Shown piece by piece: positions 24,816-36,125 of a stretch of DNA of 64,000 bases (positions are counted from its first letter, which is position 1; every line of letters begins with the position of its first letter). Made by a program: the position numbers and the translations under genes. A model generated the notes under the pieces. That model worked only from the letters and a program-made list of their open reading frames with translations. It was not told where the DNA came from and searched no databases. This DNA is from Tubiluchus corallicola (Eukaryota; Animalia; Priapulida), in NCBI GenBank assembly GCA_030141605.1, contig JAQGDQ010000070.1, positions 434,001 to 498,000 on the forward strand, in the 5' to 3' direction.

Positions 24816-27024
24816 TTTTATTTCGAAAATAACGCACACACATGTTCGTCTCTGCATCATAAGCGAGCTTCAATTCCCTGAGTTTGTCAGCGGTACCCCT
24901 TGGCCTGCGCTTAGAGTAGCAAACTTTTTAACAAGCGTTTAAAAGATGTAAATATTAATAATCATTTATCTTTTAACAGGCATATGTAAGTAGACTTGGC
25001 TTTTTGTGCTTTTATCCGAAATCTTTTAAATAGCCATTTTTATCTGTAAAATTCATATATGTGCTGTATGTACGTTTATTCTGATCATATTTTATACTTT
25101 CTTGTAAATATTTTAATATTTTTTAATAAAAATAAATATTAAACTAAACTACATGTATTTATTTTGAATACGTCTTCCGTACCTTACATGTAACTACAAA
25201 TTATTGTTTCATTAAATATCTCGTTTTGTAGCAGGGTTACCTACTACACGCGATAACTGACTGTCCTTTGAAGTTTCTGCTTCAGCCCTATACAAAATAG
25301 TATCAATATTATGTAATATATGCCTATTTGTAATATTATATTGGGAATAACAAATAAATACGGAATACCGTTGCCTCTTAAAACAGTAACCCTTTCTTGC
25401 ATAGATCTATTGGCAAGGCATGCCAGCTGGCATAACCTCTCGGATCACAACTTCATAGTTTTATACAACACAACACTCAAAAAATTAACAGTGATTTGAC
25501 TATATCAAATCTACCAGTGCAAAAAACATAAAAAGATAAATAAATGAATAAAAAGCAAGACAATATTATGTCGTATGTACAATTACAACACTATTTTTGT
25601 CAATAATTACTTTTTATTTTTCCCACACTAAGAATATACAGAATGTCTGGTTAGTAACTAGTATAAGGTCTCACTAGATTAACTGAGCAAAATGATAGTT
25701 AACCTTTGAAGTTTTCTGCTATTTAGATCATTGATTTTGAATTGGAGAAGAGCTCCTATACTTATACAACTTAGACAAGTTTTTAGACTTGAAAAGTTGA
25801 AGACCTTATACCCCGTAAGCGTATCAAATTCGGTACGTGAGATAATCACGCGATCCTTATCTATTACAGCTGCAAAAATAAGACGTTATACTAATACAAA
25901 CCCATAAATCTTTCACAAAAATATAATGTGCTGTACATTATTATAAAAGTGCAAACAATATCATTTAAACAGACTGTTAAGCAGTATGTACAAAAATAAA
26001 GACTCTGTCTAAGATGATAAAAACATTACTTTTACAAAAACAGTATCAAAAAAAATTTCATGATCTACTGTTTATGTTATAAAAGGAGAAGCACCACACA
26101 ACCATTTTTATGAACAAAAACATTCAAAGTACTAATACTAGAAGACTGATTAGCCTTTGCAGTCCAGAAAACATTCAACAAACATCGTAACTTATACTAA
26201 CGTCTAAACATTTTGTGATGTTCACGTACGTAAAACTACAAAAAGTATTTTAAACAAACAACAATTTTTAGCGGTACAATACTAGTTAAACAGCAGCTTT
26301 AATAATTCCACAAAGACGCTGATGGCTTTATAATTTTAAACACTGTTCTAAGAACATAGTTTCAGCTAGAAATTAGGTTTGATTGTGCACCTACGTATCT
26401 GTGCCCTGCAATTATTTTTTAGGTAACTTTCAAATTTTAATAGTGTTGAGCAATATGTGAATTGTGACGGTTCTAATGAATCTAAATGTTACGTGTGTAT
26501 TTGCATAAGCATGTTAAAGAAAGCCCTAATGGAAAAGGCCATCAAAAATGTGAGATGTTTACAATGATGATTATTAGTTTGTGGCGATTTTTCCCTGTAA
26601 ATTATCTAGCCCTGCATTAAAATGCTATAAATTCTTAATTAATTATTACACTAGCTCACGGCTGTGGTGGTTTGGAGGAGCGATCGGAAATATATTCGTT
26701 GATTTAATTTTAATTTTTAGAACCCCATTATTTCAAAAATTAGTTAACCTTGCGAGTTTATTTCAGAATACTTTTGACTTTTGAAAAATAACTTGTTTCA
26801 GATCCACATCTCACGCTAAAGCTGACAATAATTAAAGAAAAAGTCATAGCGCCCACTGTGACAAGCTATTATGAGGAACAGTTCTTAAAACACTATAGTA
26901 CGTAGGCATGAATGAATCACCGGATTTTCACATTCGTGTCTACAGATGGCAGCAGCGTGCTCAATCGCACGCGCTCCTTGTGTGAGACTGCGAGATTCAG
27001 TTCATAAGGATGGAATTCATCCAC

Positions 27025-27192
27025 TTATCGCCGAAAAAAGAAATTTCTGAATCCAGCTCGTACAGAAGTAGGAAATTGCACATGTGAGCCATCAGTGATT
27101 GGTTCTAAAGCTGTACATCGTGAATTATGCACAATGATGTCGTCGACTAGTATCTGCCCTCGTTGACCGATCACATAACCGGCAAATAATAT
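27025..27192 (-). CDS. Mucin-MAM protein, exon 5 (terminal); total ~4412 aa
   Basis: tttgtttttag|, phase 0. Reads ILFAGYVIGQRGQILVDDIIVHNSRCTALEPITDGSHVQFPTSVRAGFRNFFFRR* (MAM I.F.G and G.I.VDDI....C motifs). Confidence 0.88.
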   Translation of the reverse strand: MLFAGYVIGQRGQILVDDIIVHNSRCTALEPITDGSHVQFPTSVRAGFRNFFFRR

Positions 27193-27549
27193 CTAAAAAC
27201 AAATAAAAAAATCATTCGTATAATTATCATGGTCGTCACCAGCAGCAACGGTGGCAACAGAATCAACAAGAAAAATTATAACAGTGATGACGGGGATGAT
27301 AGAAAAGATGATAATAATAATGCTGCTCCTGTTGTATCATCAATTCATTATCCTCATCTTTGTCATTCCGTACCTTGGTTTCTTTTGGTTAAAATTTACA
27401 TAGGATAATATAAGATGAGACAATTTATTTATATTATCTTGTTTTATTACAATTTTGTTATTATTTAGTAATGGTAATAATAATTTTTATTTAAAGTCGG
27501 ATTTTGGATGAACATTAACATGAACAAACCTGCACCTAGATAACAGAGA

Positions 27550-27692
27550 CTATTATTACTCCGATTTTACCCTAAATACCACGCGTCAGACAGAACAACA
27601 ACAGTTTTTAAAGTCTTTAGTATGACTCGGACTTTAGTATTTAGTATTGAACTCACGACTTCCCAAACAGAGAGTGGATGCGTTACCACTCA
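27550..27692 (-). mobile_element. tRNA-related SINE-like fragment
   Basis: agtctttagtatgactcgg...ttgaactcacgacttcc...gcgttaccact. The reverse complement has A-box-like (agtggtaacgc) and B-box-like (gagttcaa) elements. Confidence 0.5.
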
Positions 27693-28016
27693 TTTGGTCA
27701 ATTAATCCAATACCTTGTCACACCTTTTTAGCCATTATTAAGTGAGGCATGACAAATTGTTGTAAATAGGTGGAGTTTTAGGTTTTTTGGAAAAATAGTA
27801 TCGCCGCCTTCTTTAGGTCAAAATGGCGAATAAAAAATCCCGCTCTGTCAGTCAGTCTATGTAGAATTCATTCTAGTACATTCGTCTGAAGTTTTATGGC
27901 AATTGAACTAGCAGAGCATAGGACGTTTTTCAAAAAAGTCATCTCCCAACGGCAACAACAGTAAGAACGACATCCAGACGAGTAGATCAAATGTTTCTCT
28001 GCCAAAATGAACTTAC

Positions 28017-28160
28017 TTTGTAGTCATAGAATGCTCGAATTGGCAATCGAACAATCTGCCAAATACTTTCTTGCTCGTTAGATGCCGCTTGTGCAGCCCA
28101 TAACTGATTGTGCTGCGGCAAGCCATCCTGCTGCAACATTACCCGTAAACTACGCTGACC
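28017..28160 (-). CDS. Mucin-MAM protein, exon 4
   Basis: tttatttcag| ... |gtaagt, phase 0/0. Reads GQRSLRVMLQQDGLPQHNQLWAAQAASNEQESIWQIVRLPIRAFYDYK (MAM L.V, LW and W...V.L motifs). Confidence 0.88.
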
Positions 28161-28249
28161 CTGAAATAAAGAATGTGATAATTAATGCTTAAAAACTTTT
28201 AAAAGAAATGAATAAAAATAGAAAAGACCTACTGGAAAGTAAAAGAAGA

Positions 28250-28412
28250 AATGACTGATGATGATGATGGCAACGATTTTTTATACAATTCGATAGACTG
28301 GAATTGTGATAAAAGTGATGAAGACAATGATGATGCTGATGAGCATGGCGACAACAATGATGCTAATGGCAACAATAAAAATTATGCTGATGGCGAGGCA
28401 ATGATGTTGATG
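28250..28412. repeat. Degenerate (GAT/CAA)n low-complexity tract
   Basis: atgatgatgatggcaacg...gatgaagacaatgatgatgctgat. Confidence 0.7.
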
Positions 28413-29159
28413 CAAAAAGTCAAATTGCGAAGAAGAGAAGACAGGAAAAGACGAAATGATTAATTCACAAAGTGTTCTAGTAAAGACGTAGTCACTCATG
28501 ATTAATATACAGCAATTACCTCTTCAACTTGTTAAATTTTAATGTTATTCGCAAGTAGATAGATTTTACTATATCAGAAAGATTAAGTTTTAACGCAGTA
28601 ATGTTCATTTTGATTTATTCTGAAAAATTCTGCATAATGCGTGCGTGCTTCGACTCCCTCTATTCTGCCTGAACAATATCACGGTGTCATTTACGAGGTC
28701 ACGGCGGTATGGCTTTGATCGCGAGAAGTACAAGGTTATCAATAAGAATGGATCAATTAATTACCTATGATCAATGCGTTGAAGCAGAGGAAGTGTTATA
28801 GAAGTGAGAGGAACGGCGTGAATGAAGCTGGTGGGACAAAGAAGAAGGAACACAGCAGGAGATGAAAGAAAGTAGAATCCAAATACTGTGAATGCTTGTA
28901 AAATAAAATAAGTTAAAACTGCGGAAAGCACTCAAAAATGACCCCAAAATTAATATTTAGCAAAAAGCAAAAGTGTTCGGAACTGCACGCTCTAGTGTCA
29001 ATTTTAGAATCTAAAAATAAATAACTGCAAAATATTTCATCAGTTTAGATTAACACATATAAGGACTTCTTAAAATTTACTCCTATTTACATGCTATTTG
29101 CTTTTAAATAGTCTAGAATTAGAAAAGAAATATGCAGTTTGTAGACAACTTTTGATTTT

Positions 29160-29418
29160 AACAAAAAACAAACATATATACATACAAACATAAATACATA
29201 CAAACAAAGAAACAAGCATACAAACAGACAAAATAATTGAGAAAACTTCATTTTAGCGGAAATTCAGTAACCTGGCAATTGGTGAAGTGGACAAACAAAC
29301 ATACACACATGCAAACAAACAGACAGACAGACGGAACAGACAGACAGATAAAATAACCTAAGAAAACTTAACTTTTAGTGAAAAATTCAGCCTCCAGTAA
29401 CCTAGCAGTTGGTGAAAC
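29160..29418. repeat. (CATA/CAAA/CAGA)n tracts each followed by a duplicated ~65-bp unit
   Basis: aaaataa...gaaaactt..ttttag.g.aa.ttcag...cagtaacct.gca.ttggtgaa occurs twice (~29229 and ~29349). Confidence 0.6.
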
Positions 29419-30740
29419 AAAAACCAAGATTGCTCAAGTTAAACATTTATACGGTAGAAAAATAAAATCGAATCGCGAGTTTCACATTTGATGCTCTCTT
29501 ATGGATGCTTAACTGTATTAACTAGACTTGAATCAAAATGAGCAGGCCAGATAATCGTGGAAGAGATAAAGCTATAAAGTCGTACAGGCATGTCGTCAGT
29601 CCAAAACTACAAATTTGAGTCCTGCGTCTATCTTTTGATTCTTTCTGTGCCGCAAATATTTATTTTTCAAAAAAGGAAATAATATTGGCTTGGTGTTCTG
29701 TCGTAATAATCAATTATCAAATGATGTGACATTGAATTATAGATTTTGATAGATTTATCAGAATCTATTGTTGTACAGCAGAACTACTGCGCGAATAATG
29801 TACGCCGATTATCTTACTGCTCTAGATAAACGAGATCAGATAAAAGGGAAGCACGAGCAACGAAGCGCCTTAGATATTGCTCTAGATTTCGATAACATTG
29901 ACCGAATATCACACAATTCAGTGTTAATCTTAACAAAAATATATAATTAACAAATATTATAAAGCAAAACTCTGATCAGTTAACAGTTTGCTTTGCGGCA
30001 CTTTCCAATCAGCCGAGCAGCATCACTTGGGGAAGTTCAAGACAATGTCCTCAGAAAAACCAGGAGATCTGTTACTTTAGGGTCTCCTTTTTCGCTCTTT
30101 TGAATAATGTGTTCTCACGATTCTTTCTCACTCGAGTCTAAAAATATCGATGGGTCTACGCACACACTTCATGAGCACCACGTACGACATAGTATAAACG
30201 TTTATTTTTTTATTCATTACAAGTTATTATTATAAGCTTGTAGAATGGTTAAATAAAATTTTAAGGGTCAAAAATAGTAACTGGTACCATTACGTCATAC
30301 TATCAGAGATTCTGTTATTGCATACAATCCTTCAAATTACTCATTATTTTACGCTTACCTTTAGTTAGTGACGGCTTCGCATTTACTTTAACCCTTAGTA
30401 CGCTAAGCTAGAACACATTAATGTTTCAAAGTCCAGTGATTTATTTTTTGGTGATTATTCCAGTGACTGGGCCTATCTTATTTTTTCCTTCTACTAATAT
30501 TAAATAAAAGTACAGCGGCCTTGAAATTTTCAGTTGCGAAAAAAGAAGAACTAACTAGGCCCATAAATTGATTGTTAACAATTTTGATGTTGTCAGGTTG
30601 CAAAACGCCATACCAGTAATTGTTGTGAACTGTCAACTACATGCCTTTCTAAGCTAATTTCAACTCAGTGTCTGGTGGAGAGACTCAGACGAGACTGTAG
30701 TGACATAATCTACTTAACTACCTTTCATCTTTTTCAGGGG

Positions 30741-30867
30741 AGGAATTTGCGTTATCTTCGCACAACCAGGAGAAGATTACCCATATTGTGCGTAGACACG
30801 TCAGGAAGGAATTTATGTTAAATTCGCACAACCAGGAGAATATTACACATATTGTGCGTAGACACGT
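30741..30867. repeat. Tandem duplication, 66-bp unit x2
   Basis: aggaattt...ttcgcacaaccaggagaa.attac.catattgtgcgtagacacgt at 30741 and 30807. Confidence 0.85.
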
Positions 30868-31302
30868 GCGAAGTTTGTCAGCTGTCAGTAGCAACGACAA
30901 GAAAATGAAGAGACGGTTTACATGGAAAAAATTGTCAGGAGTAAGCTCGTAAGTTCTTATTCGCAAGACGCAGCTGAAAAGACACGTTGGCCTAATTTTG
31001 CTTGGACGTCGCGAAAGTACTTATTGTATAGACCTAATAACAAGGAGTTTTTACTAATTTAGTGAATCGTTGAGCACGTAGGCTTGCCAGAGCAGCCCTC
31101 TGCGCTTATTAAAACAAAGTGGGATTGTTGTTAGAAAGAAACAAGAAATTAGAGCAGACAGATTGCAGATTCTAAAGCAAAACCACGATTAAAGTACATA
31201 ATCACGACAATCTCTGAAGAAGGTACATTGCATAACATGATATATCTCGGCAATGGTACACATTAAAAGGTGCAGATCTGTGTAATATCTCACAATACTT
31301 AC

Positions 31303-31427
31303 CGATATTTTATAAGCAAACTGCAAGCATTGCTCTTCGTGAGTTCTCCTCACGTCTGGTGAGCTTGCTACTTCATATAATGTGAACTGGCACCCAGGCG
31401 AAGTAGTGTCCAGACTCAAGAAATGAC
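31303..31427 (-). CDS. Mucin-MAM protein, exon 3
   Basis: ttttacag| ... |gtaagt, phase 1/0. Reads GHFLSLDTTSPGCQFTLYEVASSPDVRRTHEEQCLQFAYKIS (MAM G.Y/F, SP and CL.F.Y motifs). Confidence 0.88.
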
Positions 31428-31544
31428 CTGTAAAATTGAAATCGCAGTATTAAGAATCTTACCTTTTCCTTACTTTTTTAATAGAAATGAGTATTGCTCT
31501 AGAAATTAAAACTTAAACTATGTCGTAAAATAATCGCCTTTGGC

Positions 31545-32025
31545 CTTTTTCACTATCATCAGCACTTTCATCATTATCAGACTCGTCATTGGCTTCATGA
31601 CCTTCGTCGCCATCATCAACTTGTCAACTTCCGCGGTAAACTTGGAACAGCATAATTGCTGCAACAAAGCCAAACCAACAAACTACAACTGCCATTACTG
31701 CTATATTGTAAGGAATATCTTCACCATAATCAGGGCTATTATCGTCATCACCATCATTATCATCATCGTCGCCGCCGCAATCACCGTCACCATCATCATC
31801 GTCGTCGTCGTTATCACCACCATCACCATCATCACCGTCATCGTCACTGTCATCATGACTGCCATCTTCATTATCTTTGTCTTTTGTCTGCGTTGTGGTA
31901 ATGTTATCATTACTACGTTAAATATCATTGTCATCATCGTCATCATTGCTATCACCTTTATTATATTCATCATCTTTCTCTTTTGTCTCCATTGTCGTAA
32001 TATCGTCATTACTACCGTTATATCA
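31545..32025. repeat. Degenerate (CAT/CGT)n low-complexity intronic tract with an internal ~100-bp duplication
   Basis: catcaccatcattatcatcatcgtc...; ttttgtct....gt.gtaat.t..tcattactac occurs twice. Confidence 0.8.
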
Positions 32026-32736
32026 GTTTTTTTATTGTAATGGTTCAATTTGCTATCCAGCTGAAAAGCAAAAGAGAATTCCAGACATCGGTTCATGCAC
32101 CTCCTAGACTACCCTCATGGGTTAATCCTCCTTATGATCACACATCAATGCTTGTTTCTTTGTTTGTCTTGACAATTTTCGCTCTCGTGTCATTGACAAC
32201 TCGTGGGTGTTGGTTTAGTGACTCACGGTGGCAAAAAACTCACCCCAGAACGTCCTAAACCACAGGGAAATTGCCGGGAATGGAATGCAGGCCCTTTATC
32301 CCATTAAACCTCTTCACGAGTAATTACCAACACTTATTTTGTGTGCAGCATCATTTCTGATCTTGCTGGAATTTTGATCTCTAGAAGCTGTCGGTCAGTA
32401 CCTGTCGACATGGCGGCCTAAAACAACCTCCTAAATTGAGGTTTTATATACATATAGAAAATGTATTTACAGCTTCTTTTGAAAAGCAAAGTAGCAACCA
32501 TCTTACAATTATTATTTCACTCAAAACGACCACGTGTACAATTTTCAGAATAAAAAATTTAAACTTGGAGCGTAACTGGGAAGATCATTATACGCATTTT
32601 TGCTACAGTAAGTGCTTAATTTGTACAGTCTTTTGTATGAAATTACTGTGATTATGACAATTTTAGTAACGCCATATTTTGGGGATGAGTAATGTGCCAT
32701 TGTACTTCTCTATGTCATTGTACTTCTCTATGTCAT

Positions 32737-32738
32737 AT

Positions 32739-32781
<43 letters not shown>
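32737..32781. repeat. (ATTT)n microsatellite
   Basis: Direct read. Confidence 0.9.
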
Positions 32782-35584
32782 TATGTGAAACATATGCAGC
32801 AAGGGAACTTTAGTAAGAAATATGCGTCAAAGAGATAAAAGGTATAGTTGAATGATAACAATTTATAAAATTTAATGACATCAGGTGCAAAAATCGTAAT
32901 GTTGAAAATGTGATAATTATCATGGCATAACTCGACGTCTATCAACAAAATGCTGAAATTGTTTTTGGTATAAATGTTCGTAAGACTCAATGTGGTCACA
33001 AAGCTGAAGTCGCCGACTGGCCAAAGCTGACCACAAAAAGTGACCAGACCTGCAATTAAAATGACCATTCTAAAAAACTAATCATTTGAAATGTTTCCGA
33101 GGCACGTCTTTGTGACTAAACCATGTCCCAGCATCTTTCTCCATTACAAAACTCTCGCTGTCTTTACTAGACAATGCAACGTGTCACAGAATGGATTTAA
33201 TTCTGTGGTCTAGTGCCTGTTAGTTATTGTAAGACACGTACAAGGTATTTGCGCGTTGATGTTTTATTCGATTAACCCATGAAAATCTGCTACGGGGATC
33301 CAACGAAACCCGACCAGACCGACATAACTTTTGGCGATTCGCTGAACCGCGCAACAGCTAACACTTTTTAGGTGAGGAAGAACAGGTTAAAATTATTACA
33401 ACTTTTAACGATAACGCTTTTAGAAAACGAAAATATTCAAAATCTGTAACTCTTCTGACCGACTCCTACAACAAGTACATGAACTTATGACAGCCAAGCT
33501 ATTGAGTATTTGGAAGAATTCGAGAATCTTCCCAAGTGCCCAGGTTGGAGATAGACACCGAAAAGATTTGCCAATGTGAATGCCGTTTTAAAGTTCATTC
33601 TTGGGCTTTTCGATAGAAACAACTTTCAATTATTCAAACATTAATGTCTTTTTTTATCAGATCCTAATTTATAATAAAGTAATTAGGCCAGTGCATCATT
33701 ATCAAACATTGTCCATGGGTGGGTCACGAGCAATTGTTGAACATGAAACTCGTTACTATCATAAATTACGTCGCATAACAGAGGATGCACAAAATACAAC
33801 AGCACGTAGTTGCCGTCGGATTTGGTGACGCTGATGCTAGGCTTAGCTTTCTGGAGATTTCCGTTAAGATTCCTGGAAGCTGGGAGTTTTCCGCTATCCC
33901 GGTAGCAGAAAACGACGATTACAACTTTCGTTTTCATCCAGAACATCCCGGGTTTGATCACAGCAATAAGTAAACACGGCGGAGGTTTTGCGTTTTCTTT
34001 GCCTACAATGAGAGGAGGTGAATCACCCCAGCTCTGCACACATTCACCAATATGCAAGGTTTTTTTCAACTGCAACCTCTGACACTACTTTTGTCTGATG
34101 AGCTAGGACCCATTGTTCGCCTCACTAAACTGTCTTGGCAAACGTTTTCTTCTAAACTGACTGTATCAATACGATTGTTCCGTCCATTATGTGGGGAGGT
34201 GGCAACAGTGGTGAACGCCCGCAAGATTCATCTGCCTGGCTTATCTATCAAACAAATTATGTTCGCATTTTTTCTTAAAATGTTTGTGCTTTTTTCACAC
34301 TTCCCTACATTATGTTGCTCCATCTTATTATACTAGTCTTTTAAATATTCGTTTCAAACTGCTGCATATTCTCGACTAGACAGCCCGTCTAGCATTATTG
34401 TGGATTAAGACGTCAAGCCGTTGTTATGATAGTAAAAGCCAAACGAAAACAGCTTATTAAATCTACTGTTAAGAAAATACACATAAGAAAATACGCATAA
34501 CTTGTAGTAGTTGCAAGTTAAGAAAGGCTAAGCCTCTTCATTCAGGCCCTGGTCATCGGCCTGGGAATAGACAATGTTCAGTCTATGTCTTAGTTCGTGG
34601 CATATCCGCTAGGGGAGAAAATTAACATCTTTCAAAATTTCGCAGCATGAAACTAAAACTCTCGGTCTAAAGGAAAACATTATCAGCCAAACATTTACAC
34701 AAATTGAAAGGTACACACAAAGAAACAGAACGATCGGAGAGGAAGGTTAAAGGAGTAAATAACAACAGTAAATTTTCTGAAAATTCTGATTGTAATTGGT
34801 GAGGCAAAAAAATCGTCTGCTTAATGACATATGAATTACGTTCTGAGACTTTGTCGAATTTCTAACGAAAAGGCAGTTAATCAACTTCTAACTGCACCAT
34901 TGACAATACATAGGCCTACTCACTTTTCCACTTTCTTACTATTTTCTCACATTTTTTATTTCAAGCATGCTCAAGAGGCTCATCACATTCAGTACATTCA
35001 CTCATTACAAAAGGGCGCATTGTTGTTTAACATGGATTTATTTGAAGAGGAATGCAGTTAAACCACCGTTGAAGAAAGTTCTATAGCGACATTAGCTTTT
35101 AACAATCTGTGAATAAGCAAATTGAACAATTAACCCTAGAACATCAGACGCGGGAGACCACATAGTCTAGTGAAAAGCGGAAATTTACAAAGTTTTCAAA
35201 AACTGAAATCTGACAAGTGACGACTCAATTGAACCAGTCAAGTGCAAAATGCAGGTTGATTTAACAACAAACATGATTTATTAAAAAAAGACTATATTAC
35301 TTGTCAGATATCTGATGTAAACACAATAGATTTCTTGAGCAAGTCAGACTACAGAAAGCTGGAAAACACTTTCTACGAGTGAAGCGATCAGGGAGGTGAA
35401 AAAAGAGGGAAAGAATTAATGGAGCAGCGATGCAGCAGCTGATGTTGCATCCTCTACTACGGCCATTGCTCCCACTGTGTGACTGTTTGGCTGCTGTCAG
35501 TGGCAAGGTCTTATTTTCTGATACCACTAATGTTGCTGTTATTGCTGTTGCCATTGCCGGTGCTGCTGTAGCTCCTGTCATTGT

Positions 35585-35660
35585 ATGATGATGATGATGA
35601 TAAAAACCGGTTACATTCACATTGATGACGATGATTGACGAATGTGATGAGATAATGGTA

Positions 35661-35713
<53 letters not shown>

Positions 35714-35800
35714 TGACGATGACGATGACGACGACAACGACGACGGCGACGATGATGATGATGACGCAGCCACTTACTGCTGACGTTGCTGTTGTTGCTA
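35585..35800. repeat. (GAT/GAC)n microsatellite
   Basis: Perfect (ATG)n at 35661-35711 with degenerate flanks. Confidence 0.9.
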
Positions 35801-36070
35801 CAACTAATACTTCTGCTGCTTATACAGGTTCTGGGTAAGATTTCCCACGCAGTTTGCCACGCTACACTCCCTTATCCAAATACCTGCTTGCATAGCCTAC
35901 TTATTACATTTATAGTGGAGGCAGGACCGGATCCTAGTTTTTTGTCAAAGCGAGTTCTCTAATATACGATGCAAACACGTAGAGTTACCCTAGCCAGATT
36001 CGGATGTATACATAACTACCTTAATCAGATATACAGAGCGTGGCGTATTAAACAACAAATGGGTTAGAAA

Positions 36071-36125
36071 CGGATTTCCTGACCATCATCCATCCATTTA
36101 CTAATCAGGCTATACTTAGTTTCAC
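36071..36125 (-). pseudogene. Possible decayed 5S rRNA-derived fragment
   Basis: ccatccatttactaatcaggc resembles the antisense of the 5S internal control region (ccatccaagtactaaccaggc); flanks are only loosely similar. Confidence 0.35.

Noticed and set aside
33601-34336. Cluster of 60-130-aa ORFs in mucin intron 2 (nested gene?)
   Set aside because: No recognisable domain or coherent splice structure.
35297-35773. 158-aa poly-Ser/poly-Ile ORF
   Set aside because: Driven by a (GAT)n repeat inside an intron.
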